A stretch of DNA of 64,000 nucleotides from a virus (IMGVR_UViG_3300029286_000011), one strand, 5' to 3'. Numbered from the stretch's first letter, positions 18,768 to 28,754 are shown. The notes: a model not told the origin generated them from the sequence alone. Translations and numbers: made by a program.

Positions 18768-19257
18768 TAGCAGACTCCTTTACGGCAGACAGCAGTTCTT
18801 CCTGCGTTGCCTCGTACTGGATTTCAGGCGGGAATTGCAGGTCTGGGTGGTGATAATGTGCCAAAGCTGTAAGCAAGCTCTCAGCATAAGCTACAAGCGC
18901 TGACGCATCCTCCAGCTGTACCTTGAACAGCGGCCAGTCCACACCACGGTCGCCCAGGTCAACAAGGGCCTGTGCTATCACCATGCGACAATTTGCTACC
19001 TGTACAGCCATGCTTCTGTACCTGGCAGGCAGTATATTCAAGCATGGCGGCACTGTGGCGTCTGTTTCCTCGACAACGTTGTCCAGCAGCTCGCATGTCT
19101 GCGGGTACTCTTCCTCGAAGGGCAAGTTCATCTGGCCGTCTAACGGCCCATCGTCAGACGAGTCCTTGGCTGGCGCGAGTGTGAGATCGATGGTATCTCC
19201 CTGCGGGTTCAATTCATCGTTATCGTATTCTGCGTTGTCCACGACATAGTTCTCCAT
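18757..19257 (-). CDS. Hypothetical protein
   Basis: 166-aa ORF. Confidence 0.55.
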   Translation of the reverse strand: MENYVVDNAEYDNDELNPQGDTIDLTLAPAKDSSDDGPLDGQMNLPFEEEYPQTCELLDNVVEETDATVPPCLNILPARYRSMAVQVANCRMVIAQALVDLGDRGVDWPLFKVQLEDASALVAYAESLLTALAHYHHPDLQFPPEIQYEATQEELLSAVKESASVQ

Positions 19258-19270
19258 TGGTCAGATCTGT

Positions 19271-19540
19271 TCAGTCATCGTAGCCCACGTCTTCGTCCCA
19301 GTCGTCATCGTCCTCATCCCAGTCATCATCGTCCCAATCGTCGTCATCTTCGTCTTCGTCGTCTTCGTCATCGTCCTCATACCATTCGTCATCGTCGGCG
19401 TCGTCCCACCCATCGTCTTCATCGACTCCGTCTTGGCAATCTATGTGCAGGCGCTGTTCGCTTAAGCATCGACGCCCTGTTGTAGGAAATATAGAAATAG
19501 GTGCAGTGTGATAAGTCATAACAAGTCCCCTGTAGAGCAA
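19271..19540 (-). CDS. Small, extremely acidic Asp/Trp-repeat protein
   Basis: C-terminal half is DDDDWDDDDWDEDDDDWDED; start codon uncertain. Confidence 0.45.
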   Translation of the reverse strand: MLYRGLVMTYHTAPISIFPTTGRRCLSEQRLHIDCQDGVDEDDGWDDADDDEWYEDDDEDDEDEDDDDWDDDDWDEDDDDWDEDVGYDD

Positions 19541-19542
19541 GA

Positions 19543-20448
19543 TTAACCGCCGCTACGCAATTTAGCGTGATAACATTCCACACACATACCTTGATGCTTA
19601 GCGGCTGGATCAAACCAACCTACCTCGTCACACTCCGTACAGTGCCTAGGAAAATACGTACAATCGTGAACAGCCCTGTCACACTGATCCATTCCTACAT
19701 GACAAGAGTAACACGGATGATCTGGTTCGTATCCTTTGGGACACGGATTTATAGCATGCGAACGTAATCGTAGCCAATGTCGGTTCCAGGTCAACTCAGT
19801 ACCGTTGGAACTTACCTGCTCAAAATCTGGCTTGCTGCCGCTCAACGTAACGTCAATCAAGGCAGAGCAACGCAGATTAACAAACTCCATGCAGTCCTTG
19901 AAGGGCTTATCTCTGAATGGCGCGGAAAATCCTAGCCGACGCGCCAATACGCTGCAGAATTTACGGGTCCATGTTTTCTCTATACGCTGCCCGCAAGGTG
20001 TGCCTGCCAATACAAGGCAGTCAAATATGGCGGCCTGCTCACCACGCCGGGTAAACCAACGATGTGCGCCCATAAACTGAACAGGCACCCACTCGTTAAC
20101 CCTCTGGCCTGTCCACGGGGATACAGGTCGACCTGCCTTGAGCTCGGCAATATTGCCAAGTAAGCGCCACACAATGCTGTTCAGAACTTTGGATGTCAGC
20201 TCTTGCCCGTAATAGAAAGACAACGACTCTTTCAATGCGTCTTCGTCTATACCTCTGGGTAACAGCTGCATCAACATAGCCAATACAACGTCCCTGGTGT
20301 CATGCGAATAACGCAAATGCGCTATCTGCACTAAGCCAGGGTGCTGCATTATCTTCTGCTTTTCACTCAGTATTTTGGCAACAGAGTGCCTGTGAGTTTT
20401 TGTAGCAGCTGTCATAACTGTCAATGTATGCTGGCCAAGTCCATCCAT
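19543..20448 (-). CDS. Hypothetical protein with C-terminal Cys/His-rich zinc-binding region
   Basis: CPKG..CYSCH..CDRAVH..CTECD..CVECYH. Confidence 0.6.
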   Translation of the reverse strand: MDGLGQHTLTVMTAATKTHRHSVAKILSEKQKIMQHPGLVQIAHLRYSHDTRDVVLAMLMQLLPRGIDEDALKESLSFYYGQELTSKVLNSIVWRLLGNIAELKAGRPVSPWTGQRVNEWVPVQFMGAHRWFTRRGEQAAIFDCLVLAGTPCGQRIEKTWTRKFCSVLARRLGFSAPFRDKPFKDCMEFVNLRCSALIDVTLSGSKPDFEQVSSNGTELTWNRHWLRLRSHAINPCPKGYEPDHPCYSCHVGMDQCDRAVHDCTYFPRHCTECDEVGWFDPAAKHQGMCVECYHAKLRSGG

Positions 20449-20846
20449 TCTGCTTCAACATCAGGCGTAAACGCCAAGACACGCTGCGTTGCTTCATCCA
20501 AGAACATGTAATGCACCCCGTCGCGTGTCCGCCTTACAGATAGCAACGGTAGATCTGTGAAAGTCAGTGGCTTGAGGATTTCCAGGCTGCGTCCCATTGT
20601 GGCAGAGACTTGTTTCAAGTCTCCACCTGTGTTGAGATAGTCGCAGACAGCTGCCCACAGAATTACTTCTCGTTGCTGCGAGGCGACAGCTTTCCAATCC
20701 TTGGTGCTGTCTGTCCATACAGACAACGTGTGCACCGGTCCTTCATTATCTAGACTGTTCTCGTAACGAAGCGCCACATACAGCTCGCCTGTGGCCATTT
20801 CGCCATAGATTACACGCCAGCCGTCGGTACAACTAGGCGTCTGCAT
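20421..20846 (-). CDS. Hypothetical protein
   Basis: ORF tiles with its neighbours; start uncertain. Confidence 0.45.
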   Translation of the reverse strand: MQTPSCTDGWRVIYGEMATGELYVALRYENSLDNEGPVHTLSVWTDSTKDWKAVASQQREVILWAAVCDYLNTGGDLKQVSATMGRSLEILKPLTFTDLPLLSVRRTRDGVHYMFLDEATQRVLAFTPDVEAEWMDLASIH

Positions 20847-21225
20847 TCGTCGGCCCTTTTGATAGAGCTATGGCTGCACGAGCCTCGCCAGCCGACTTGA
20901 TAAGACGTTCCAGCATCTCATCCATCTTCTGTTCGATCTGGTTAACCAGTGGCCCAAGGATGCCTTGGATAATCACCTTTCGCTTATCAGCCGGATAGTG
21001 ATTGATGATCGACTGGAAATCGATATTGATGTTAGCCGTGTCGGGAGCTGCCGTGCCTGATGGGGGCAGTATCGTCAGCACCAGACGGTCAGCCTTACCC
21101 TCGTTGGCTGATTCCTTGGCTGCCGTTATGACCTGCACACAACGCTGCAGTTCTCGGCTAGCGCCAAATACACCCTGCATAGACCTTGGCAAGCTTGGTC
21201 GACTTGTAACCTCTGACTCACTCAT
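20833..21225 (-). CDS. Hypothetical protein
   Basis: 130-aa ORF. Confidence 0.55.
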   Translation of the reverse strand: MSESEVTSRPSLPRSMQGVFGASRELQRCVQVITAAKESANEGKADRLVLTILPPSGTAAPDTANINIDFQSIINHYPADKRKVIIQGILGPLVNQIEQKMDEMLERLIKSAGEARAAIALSKGPTNADA

Positions 21226-21227
21226 AC

Positions 21228-21674
21228 CTAGCCTCCTTCACATTCAACGGCAAATCCAATCCAACACTGAAACTTATCGTGCACCTTGTCACGCAAGATA
21301 GTGCCATAGACCAGCAGTAGACGCTCTGCCGGTTTGTCTAGTTGCGTTTGCGCCAGCTGTGTTGCAATAGCGCCGATCTGTAGACCCAGGTGCAATATTA
21401 TGCCTGGCCTGTTCTGCAGCTCGTAGGCAAACAATGGAACACGAACATATTCGCTGCCTTTGTCCCGACTCCAGTTCACTTCGTCTGCGTCTACACGGTT
21501 CTGCGCTATCAACCATAACTTGTTATTGCTGCGCTTCGTGTGAACAGAGAACGGTGACTTAGGTGTTTCGCTAGCTGATCGCCTTTCAATCAGAACACTG
21601 CTGCGTCCGTCCTTAACTTCTCCTAGCTTCACCTGTTGCACGTCGATTATCATGGTCACCCTCCGACACAACAC
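21228..21674 (-). CDS. Hypothetical protein
   Basis: ORF tiles with its neighbours; likely start MIIDVQ. Confidence 0.55.
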   Translation of the reverse strand: MLCRRVTMIIDVQQVKLGEVKDGRSSVLIERRSASETPKSPFSVHTKRSNNKLWLIAQNRVDADEVNWSRDKGSEYVRVPLFAYELQNRPGIILHLGLQIGAIATQLAQTQLDKPAERLLLVYGTILRDKVHDKFQCWIGFAVECEGG

Positions 21675-22459
21675 TTTGTTAATTCAAAATCCTGATGTGT
21701 TAAGTCAGGTGTAAGCCCAGGCTCCCACTTGGCCCCTAGCGCAGATACGCTAAGACCACGGCGCTTAGCTGAAGAGTGTGCACCAAATACGTCTGCATTA
21801 AGCCGCACACAGCTTACTTCGTTAACAACACGAAGCTTCTGCTGCCGACATAACTCGCCTAGTAGTGAGTCACCGCCATTATGGTGCAGCTCAGGCCATG
21901 GCCAGTTGTATTTCTGTAATACACTGCTACGCGCCATCCAGAAAGAACCTTGGCAGAACTTGAAGCACGGCCTTGAGCCTCTCTTTGGCGGTAGCCCTAC
22001 AGCCGGGTCATACCAAGGCTGCTGCTGAAGCCATTCCAGCTGTCTGCCTTGGGCAGGCATAAACCAGCGATACTGGCCTACGATGTCTGCGTGCTCACCT
22101 GCGGTAAGCATTGTAGTCCAGAAGGCGTCGTTGTATCCGGCCAGATAACTGTCGTCATCAAACCACATAAACCAACGCCCAGGTGGATCATCATGATCGT
22201 AGAGCATACGACGCATCAGCGGGTACTTGCCTACATTACGCGACGGAATGTATAGCGTGGTTCTTAGGCCTGTACGACTGGCCACGGAATCAGCAAATCT
22301 ATCCACCTCTTCCTTCACTACTGTGCTGAGCTGATTGCAGCCTATCTTTATCTCCTGTACTACTGACTTACCGGCAGGCAGTACGGACAAGATAGAGCCC
22401 AGACATCGGCGAGCCAGCTGAGGATAGTCGCCATATAGCAGTATTCCTACGGTGAGCAT
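21656..22459 (-). CDS. GT-A (GT2-like) glycosyltransferase
   Basis: WFMWFDDDSY (DxD motif), RNVGKYPLMR; paralogous to the C-terminal domain of ORF 58374..60407. Confidence 0.7.
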   Translation of the reverse strand: MLTVGILLYGDYPQLARRCLGSILSVLPAGKSVVQEIKIGCNQLSTVVKEEVDRFADSVASRTGLRTTLYIPSRNVGKYPLMRRMLYDHDDPPGRWFMWFDDDSYLAGYNDAFWTTMLTAGEHADIVGQYRWFMPAQGRQLEWLQQQPWYDPAVGLPPKRGSRPCFKFCQGSFWMARSSVLQKYNWPWPELHHNGGDSLLGELCRQQKLRVVNEVSCVRLNADVFGAHSSAKRRGLSVSALGAKWEPGLTPDLTHQDFELTKCCVGG

Positions 22460-22466
22460 AAACAAC

Positions 22467-22499
22467 ACTCCAGGGACGGTTATTGGCCGTCCCTGGAGT
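22467..22499. terminator. 13-bp stem hairpin
   Basis: ACTCCAGGGACGG-TTATTGG-CCGTCCCTGGAGT in an intergenic gap. Confidence 0.5.
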
Positions 22500-22516
22500 T
22501 ATGGCGACTTGGTTGA

Positions 22517-23827
22517 CTACTGACGACGAGACGGAGCAGGTCTTGCTGTTTTGCCTGTGCCTATGCGGGCGCGGGCGGCAGCAATACGGGACTGAGTTTC
22601 CGGTTGTGTTGCCGGGCTTACAGTCTTAGCCCTTGCCGGCGGCTCTACCGGCTCTTCAGCCTCATCCTCGTCTTCTTCGTCTTCCTCTGCGTCATCCTCC
22701 TCGTCTTCTTCGTCTTCGGATTCCGCAGGGTCTTCATCTTCGTCTTCGTCGTCAACGTCTTGCTCGTCGGCGTCATCTTCCTCGGCGTCATCTTCCTCGA
22801 CTTCGGCCACATCGTCTGCAACCTCGTCAGCGACATCGACGTCGTCTTCAGCCGTCTCTTCAACGACTTCCACGATATCTTCGACTTCTTCCTCTTCGTC
22901 AACAGCCGGCTCGTCTTCGGTAACCCGATCAGACTTGGGCACACGAGTGGAAGACTTCTTCTTCAATACCTTCTTGATACGCTTCACAGCGTCCTGGGTC
23001 TGCCCAAGAAGCTTGTCCACAGCCTTCGACGCTTCCTGCAACTCATCACAGGTAAGCATCAGCTTCTCAAGCAGAGAGTCGTCGTAGCTATCCGGCGGGG
23101 TCGATTCGATCTTGCCGAAGATATGCTCAGCCCACACAGCCTGCTGATCAGCAAGCTGCTGTCGCCAGAAACAAATCTGGGCCAAGCCGGCAATTGGTGA
23201 TCGTGGTGCTGCTCGCTTACGACCGCGACGAGCACCGCCTGGAGCCGCTGTAGTGGGCGTTGTAGCGCCGCCCTGCACCTCAGCGATCTTTCGCTGCAGT
23301 TCGTCGGTTGTCAGCTTAGCCGAGATCATCTCCTTCTCGATCTGGCCGCGAACCGACGGCTTCTCTTCCTCCAACGCCGCAAGACGGAAGAAATGCGTCA
23401 ACGTTAGACGCATCTGCGCCTTCTCAGCACGGTCACAAATGAGTTCGATGCGCTCACGCGAATAGCATCGAACAAGCTTACGCAGCTTGCGAAGGTCAGC
23501 AGCAGCAATGTTCATGGCAGCTGCCAGCTTTTCAGTGGCGTGCTCGCCATACTTGCTTTCGTTCTGGCTGACCGAGGCAATCTTGTCCCCTACATCCCAG
23601 TGCGCCATGATCAGCTCACGGTCGCTACGAATAACACGCTTGCGAAGAATGTCATAGACCTTTCGCAAGGCCGGGTTCATCTGAGCAACAGCTTCCTCTG
23701 CCGTGATGTTGATGACGGGAACTTCATCCTCGTCAGCAGCGGCCTTGGAAACCAGCTCAACGCTAACAGGCTTAGCGGTCTTGGCGAGTTTACGCCGCGC
23801 AGTCTTGCGCCTAACTACTTTTGCCAC
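22517..23827 (-). CDS. Protein with a DUF1016/YhcG-N-like helical domain and long acidic tract
   Basis: RELIMAHWDVGDKI...YGEHATEKLAAAM...LTLTHFFRL resembles the YhcG N-terminus; long D/E tract; basic termini. Confidence 0.45.
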   Translation of the reverse strand: MAKVVRRKTARRKLAKTAKPVSVELVSKAAADEDEVPVINITAEEAVAQMNPALRKVYDILRKRVIRSDRELIMAHWDVGDKIASVSQNESKYGEHATEKLAAAMNIAAADLRKLRKLVRCYSRERIELICDRAEKAQMRLTLTHFFRLAALEEEKPSVRGQIEKEMISAKLTTDELQRKIAEVQGGATTPTTAAPGGARRGRKRAAPRSPIAGLAQICFWRQQLADQQAVWAEHIFGKIESTPPDSYDDSLLEKLMLTCDELQEASKAVDKLLGQTQDAVKRIKKVLKKKSSTRVPKSDRVTEDEPAVDEEEEVEDIVEVVEETAEDDVDVADEVADDVAEVEEDDAEEDDADEQDVDDEDEDEDPAESEDEEDEEDDAEEDEEDEDEAEEPVEPPARAKTVSPATQPETQSRIAAARARIGTGKTARPAPSRRQ

Positions 23828-24977
23828 TTGTGGCTCCTTTCAGCAATCCCAGGATGTTGTCACACACTAATCTGTGGGCCAGCTGTTCCATGGCCAATCT
23901 ATCCTCTAGTGGCTCATCCTTGGCCACCGTGGTCAACGCAGTATACAGGTCATATACAACACGAGTAGAACAGCTTTCGTTTGTTGCATCGGCCTTGTAG
24001 CTACCTTGAACAACTGCCATACGAATCACTCGCTCGGCAGCTTGTGCAAATACTCTGTGACGGTACATGTCACGCAGTAACGTACCGCATAGTCGGGTTC
24101 TATTGCCGCAAGCATCATAGATGCCAAGTGGGGATCTCTTAGACTGCAACAACGCCCCGTACAACGGTGTAAGTTTCGTATCCAGCCCGGCCACGCCTTC
24201 GAACAGCTTGACTAGACGTTTGTCGAATTCGACTCTGCTTAGATGGTGTACCTGATTGGCTGTATCACGTGTCGATAAGCTACAGGAGTTACCCCATCTG
24301 CGCTGTGCATACGCTGACATGTTTACAGCAGCGTCACCAGACTCAGAGTTGTAGAAATGCCTGCCGTAGTAGAACGGTTCATACACGGCACCGGGCGTAG
24401 GCAAGGCAAAAGCCCTGTCCATAGCGCGAAACCTCAGCATGAACCTTCGACCAGTAAGCATGGCCTCCGAGAACATATACTCAGAGCCTTGGTACATATG
24501 CTCGCAGCACATCTGGTAGAAGTCCAGATTGGGCAGAAAGCAGTATCGAGTGCCTACTATGCCCTCTATGCTTTTGGCGACTGGGTCAAGCACCATGCGC
24601 CAGCCACGGAAGGCACTGAATCTCAGTCGAACCATGTCATTGAAGATACGTATGGCCTGCTGCATATCCGGCGTAAGCTGCGGACGCCTTGTAGAGCGCG
24701 TAGTAGCTGAGCCTGACAGGTCGTACAAAAACGATGATAGGTTCGAAGCAAGACGTGAACACACCTCGCCAAAAGCAAAGGGCGTATAACTGAAGCCAGC
24801 TAACGTCTTCGCCTCTGGCGTAAGCATCAAGGCATCGGCAGACCGTATGACCACCAACGTATCCGAGCCGGTTTTGCGTAGGCAGTCTTCAAGTTCAACC
24901 TGCCCAGCACCCGGAGCGTCTACGGTAAACCTATGAGAATGACTTGGCGTCACCAGCCCAGATGTCACTCTCTCCAT
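23811..24977 (-). CDS. Hypothetical protein, weak DUF932-like resemblance
   Basis: GRHFYNSESG..A..M..YAQR segment. Confidence 0.4.
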   Translation of the reverse strand: MERVTSGLVTPSHSHRFTVDAPGAGQVELEDCLRKTGSDTLVVIRSADALMLTPEAKTLAGFSYTPFAFGEVCSRLASNLSSFLYDLSGSATTRSTRRPQLTPDMQQAIRIFNDMVRLRFSAFRGWRMVLDPVAKSIEGIVGTRYCFLPNLDFYQMCCEHMYQGSEYMFSEAMLTGRRFMLRFRAMDRAFALPTPGAVYEPFYYGRHFYNSESGDAAVNMSAYAQRRWGNSCSLSTRDTANQVHHLSRVEFDKRLVKLFEGVAGLDTKLTPLYGALLQSKRSPLGIYDACGNRTRLCGTLLRDMYRHRVFAQAAERVIRMAVVQGSYKADATNESCSTRVVYDLYTALTTVAKDEPLEDRLAMEQLAHRLVCDNILGLLKGATSGKSS

Positions 24978-25537
24978 AACGTCCTCTTTCCGTCAGGATT
25001 AGCGTCGTCGATACATCGTAGAAGCGATGATACTGTCTCCACAACGTGCGTAGAGCCGTTATCAGCAATGTGTACGAGTCGTACACCTGGCGACGACGTG
25101 TTAGGACTTAGACCGTGTATAACCATTCCGCACGAACCGGGCAAGTTCGGCCAGTAAAATACTAGTCCAGCCAGCCCGGTCCCAACCGTATCCTCGGGCG
25201 CTGATTCGCACAACGCCTCGTACTCGTCCACAAATGACCGAGTTGCAAATGAGCAGAAAAGGCTGGATAGCTTACACGTCTTAGCTATGTTGTGTAGCTT
25301 AGCTATCCCAAAATACATAGGAAACATCGGGCAGACGTGATAGAAGCTCGATAATGTGCAGAACGTTGCGCCTGTCTCGGCGGTAGAGAACTGCAGAGCT
25401 TCCCTGCGAAGTATTGTCGGCACACGGTACCAATTGAACAGAAACGACGTCAGCTTTTCTTCAAAGGAAATACCACGACGCCTGTTCAGGTCCCTGAAGT
25501 TAGGCCCGCCGGGTGCGCCAGGAATCTGAAAATCCAT
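24965..25537 (-). CDS. Hypothetical protein
   Basis: 190-aa ORF. Confidence 0.6.
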   Translation of the reverse strand: MDFQIPGAPGGPNFRDLNRRRGISFEEKLTSFLFNWYRVPTILRREALQFSTAETGATFCTLSSFYHVCPMFPMYFGIAKLHNIAKTCKLSSLFCSFATRSFVDEYEALCESAPEDTVGTGLAGLVFYWPNLPGSCGMVIHGLSPNTSSPGVRLVHIADNGSTHVVETVSSLLRCIDDANPDGKRTLWRE

Positions 25538-25540
25538 ACA

Positions 25541-26848
25541 TCACCTCGTGCCGTTGGCCTTGCCGTACGTTCGCAACGCCTCAACAATCCGAACCTTTGC
25601 GTCCCTGCGCTGCAATATAAAGTCTTCTCCACTCTGGAACACACGTCGAACCTTGATGCCAAACAACTGCCTGAGACCAGACAGTACCTCAGGATGTTCC
25701 ATAATAGATGCGCCGGCCTCGTAGTATTCGGCTGGCTTCTTCTTACTTATGCCCAACGCCTTCGACCAGATCTTAGTTGCTGTGCCTTCCTTGACTTTGT
25801 TCAGGTCTAAGATCTCACGAAGTGCCTTGGCCTTGGTTCCCTCAAACGATAGCAACAAGTTGATAGTGGAACCATGCCAGTCCCACACTGTGCGCTGTTT
25901 CCAGCCTTGTTGCTGCGTTTCTGGATCCATCATCTCTTCTTCCCACCAGATGATGTCGACAGGTATCTGCCTGTGACCCTCACCGTAGGCATTCTTATAG
26001 CACTTCATCATCAGATGCATGCCGCCACGATCAACTAGATCAATCTGCCAGCGTTGAGCGCGTGTTAGTTCAAGTTCAAAGCTTTCCTGAAACTCCACAT
26101 GCTTGCCGCCCGGTCGACCACGTACAGGCTTTCCCTGATTGTCTGTGCCGCGCTTCAGATGATTGATGGCCAACACAGAGAAAGGCCAGTCCACAATGTC
26201 TTGCGGCAGCTTCTTCAGGAAGCTTGTGATGGACATAGCCTCAATGGGATGTCCGCGACCGGCATGGCCTTCTTTAGTGATCTTGTCTTGAGTCTCTCGC
26301 GTAGACTTACCTGTCAGACTATCGATGAGGGCCAGGTACGGGAATATTCGACCTGGGCCTTTGTTCTTCTTGTCGCCAAGCATCTGTTCCTTCATGAAGT
26401 TCAGCGACCACTGCAGCAGCTCCTGCCACGTATCAATGGAATCGCATGGAACATGGCCCATAGCGTCAGGCTGGTCCCATCCGAGTATGGACAGTGCCCA
26501 GTCTGGTGAGTACTTGGACTCATGTTCAAATAACGTGCCGGATCCACTGGCCTCACGAAACCATCGAACTACTTCAAATCCGAATGCAGACTTACAGCAG
26601 CCTGGAGGCCCGACAAGTTGCACCACTAGCCCCAAGGGCCACACAGTGTTTTGTGTCAGATACTCCATCGAGAATGACGGTAGCGGCAAGCCACATACAA
26701 GACTCAGTGCTTCGCCTGCCGTGCATATCTTATCGTCGTGTCTGACTATCGACAGGTTTCCAATCAGATTTCGAGTCAGCCCGGCTGACAATTTGGACAC
26801 TTGCTGCTTGTCCATCAGCTTAGGTGCTGCACTTCTACGTCTGGCCAT
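25541..26848 (-). CDS. RecA/UvsX-like recombinase
   Basis: VVQLVGPPGCCKS (Walker A), LIDSLTG (Walker B), INHLK, PGGKHVEF; start MARR at 26848 with GGAG RBS. Confidence 0.85.
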   Translation of the reverse strand: MARRRSAAPKLMDKQQVSKLSAGLTRNLIGNLSIVRHDDKICTAGEALSLVCGLPLPSFSMEYLTQNTVWPLGLVVQLVGPPGCCKSAFGFEVVRWFREASGSGTLFEHESKYSPDWALSILGWDQPDAMGHVPCDSIDTWQELLQWSLNFMKEQMLGDKKNKGPGRIFPYLALIDSLTGKSTRETQDKITKEGHAGRGHPIEAMSITSFLKKLPQDIVDWPFSVLAINHLKRGTDNQGKPVRGRPGGKHVEFQESFELELTRAQRWQIDLVDRGGMHLMMKCYKNAYGEGHRQIPVDIIWWEEEMMDPETQQQGWKQRTVWDWHGSTINLLLSFEGTKAKALREILDLNKVKEGTATKIWSKALGISKKKPAEYYEAGASIMEHPEVLSGLRQLFGIKVRRVFQSGEDFILQRRDAKVRIVEALRTYGKANGTR

Positions 26849-26865
26849 ATGCCGCTCCATGGATG

Positions 26866-26881
26866 TAATTAGCGCTAATTA
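26866..26881. promoter_or_regulatory. Palindrome copy 3
   Basis: TAATTAGCGCTAATTA 17 bp upstream of the recA-like start, downstream of a terminator. Confidence 0.75.
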
Positions 26882-26886
26882 AATTC

Positions 26887-26927
26887 AAAGAAAACAGCGG
26901 CCGGGATTTGTTGGTCCCGGCCGCTGT
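26887..26927 (-). terminator. Probable intrinsic terminator
   Basis: ACAGCGGCCGGGA / TCCCGGCCGCTGT 13-bp stem plus TTTTCTTT on the minus strand. Confidence 0.7.
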
Positions 26928-26940
26928 CTGTGTGGCCGTG

Positions 26941-28713
26941 TTAGGCCCTCTTACCGAGTTTCTTCTTCTTACCCGGTATTGGCGCAGGCGTACTGGGTCG
27001 GCCCACCTTGGCCGGCTCAGAGGCCTTCTCACGCCCGCTGGCACGCTGCTGCGCTTCCAGCAAGGCCTTGCTGACCTTAGCCTCCTCGTCAGCAAGCTGC
27101 TTGTCTCGCTTGCTACGTTTTCGAGGCTGCTCTTCCTCTACTTCAGCCCGTTCGTCTCCATCGGAATCGTCTTCTTCGTCGTCGACGGCTTCTTCGTCGT
27201 CTTCGTCTTCGGGCTCTTCTTCGTCATCTTCGTCTTCGACGGCTTCGTCGTCTTCGTCGTCGTCTTCGGACTCTTCTTCGTCTGCTTCTTCATCATCATC
27301 CTCGATGTCGTCGGCCAGAGTGTCATCATCAACGACGTCGTCGGCCGGCACGACATCTTGATCATCCGTATCCTCTTCTACCTCTTCTGTGTCTTCGTCT
27401 TCCAGCTCTTCGTCAGCCTCTTTGATTGCCTTTTCGGCATCGTCGTAACGAGGGCGACGCTTTTCGCTGGTAGTACCAGACACACCCTTGGAGCGGGCAC
27501 GAGCAGGCTTGTCGTCAGCTTCGTCCGTGTCTTCCACGTCTTCAGCCGTCGGCTTGCCAGAAGTTTTGCGCGACGCATTTTTCAGCACCGCCTCGACTTC
27601 CGGAGTGAAGTACTCTTCGTGCTCTGCCCAAGCCATGTCCAACAGTTTACGTACGTCACGGAAACCACGCAATGCCATTGCGGTGTACAGGGCGATCTTG
27701 GAATTGTCGGGAATATCCAAGATGTCGTCCCACCACTGGATCTTCTTGGCCAGATGCTTGAACTGCTCGGGGCCGATAGCCGGCGAGTACTTCAGCTTCT
27801 TACCGTTGGAGATCATCACAGGGCTGACAATCGATTCGTAGCCCTTGTTTTCATTGTCGTCTTCACCTTCGGCCTTACGACGACTCTGCCAATCGGCTGC
27901 ACCGTCGTCATCGGTCTCCAGTTCAACATCGTCCTTAGCAGGATTCCAGATGATGAAGAACCGACCTTTGTCCAAGGCCACAGGATCACCATGCTTCATC
28001 CGGCGCTCCCAATCATTTGGGTCGCCGTGATAGTTCTCGGCCTCTTCAGACAGCATCTTGTTGATGCCCTTCATGCCGGAACCAGGCAACTCGATAACCG
28101 GGATCGGATCCTTAGCGTCCAACCCTCGCGGAATACCGTTCTTCCGAATGTACAGATCTTTGTCCTGCTTGAAGACCAATGCTTGCAGGAAGGTCATCTT
28201 ACGTACGTTGGGCAACATGGCCTGTCGTACGCGGGTCAGCTTGTCCCAGTAGCGCGGAGCTTCACCATCCTCAGATGTTTCAGAGTGGGCAATCCTTCGA
28301 ACCAACAGGTACGGGTTGCCACTCGTATCGTACTCCACGTTATACGGGTCGTAGCAGATAAAAGTGAACAGACTCTTCTCTTCACCAGCGAACCGGACAC
28401 ACGGGTATGACCGAAGCCAGTCACCGTATTCGCCCGGCTCGACACCGATCCGATAAGGATCCAACGTCGTAGGATCTTCGGCACAGAACATCGGAAGCGG
28501 TCGAATGATAAGCGACCGGCCCTCGTACACGGGTCGGATCACCTGAATCTGAGCACCAGGCTTGAAGCATCGATCATCGGGCGGAATGCCGTAACGATCA
28601 ACGCCATGGTCCTTGTACCGGTACTTGCGCTCTCGGGGGGCCTGCCCAGGCAGACTGAAATCACCCTTGGTGTTACCGGCCGAACCCTGAAGCGTACGTT
28701 GAGATTTTGCCAC
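26941..28713 (-). CDS. Replication-cluster protein with very long acidic C-terminal region (possible ssDNA-binding protein)
   Basis: Lies between the polymerase and recA-like genes; globular N-terminus plus D/E-rich tail. Function is inferred from position only. Confidence 0.45.
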   Translation of the reverse strand: MAKSQRTLQGSAGNTKGDFSLPGQAPRERKYRYKDHGVDRYGIPPDDRCFKPGAQIQVIRPVYEGRSLIIRPLPMFCAEDPTTLDPYRIGVEPGEYGDWLRSYPCVRFAGEEKSLFTFICYDPYNVEYDTSGNPYLLVRRIAHSETSEDGEAPRYWDKLTRVRQAMLPNVRKMTFLQALVFKQDKDLYIRKNGIPRGLDAKDPIPVIELPGSGMKGINKMLSEEAENYHGDPNDWERRMKHGDPVALDKGRFFIIWNPAKDDVELETDDDGAADWQSRRKAEGEDDNENKGYESIVSPVMISNGKKLKYSPAIGPEQFKHLAKKIQWWDDILDIPDNSKIALYTAMALRGFRDVRKLLDMAWAEHEEYFTPEVEAVLKNASRKTSGKPTAEDVEDTDEADDKPARARSKGVSGTTSEKRRPRYDDAEKAIKEADEELEDEDTEEVEEDTDDQDVVPADDVVDDDTLADDIEDDDEEADEEESEDDDEDDEAVEDEDDEEEPEDEDDEEAVDDEEDDSDGDERAEVEEEQPRKRSKRDKQLADEEAKVSKALLEAQQRASGREKASEPAKVGRPSTPAPIPGKKKKLGKRA

Positions 28714-28754
28714 AGAATACTCCCTCGTCTAGGAAACAGTTTGGATAGCCAATT

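Noticed and set aside
27138-27365. Thr/Lys/Met-rich short ORFs (also 22645..22944 and 3861..4142)
   Set aside because: Shifted-frame readings of D/E repeats, a compositional artefact.
26908-28410. 500-aa plus-strand ORF (also 22604..23200 +)
   Set aside because: Antisense shadow of acidic-tract genes: GAY/GAR codons read as Phe/Val/Ile/Leu on the other strand. No RBS and no domain.
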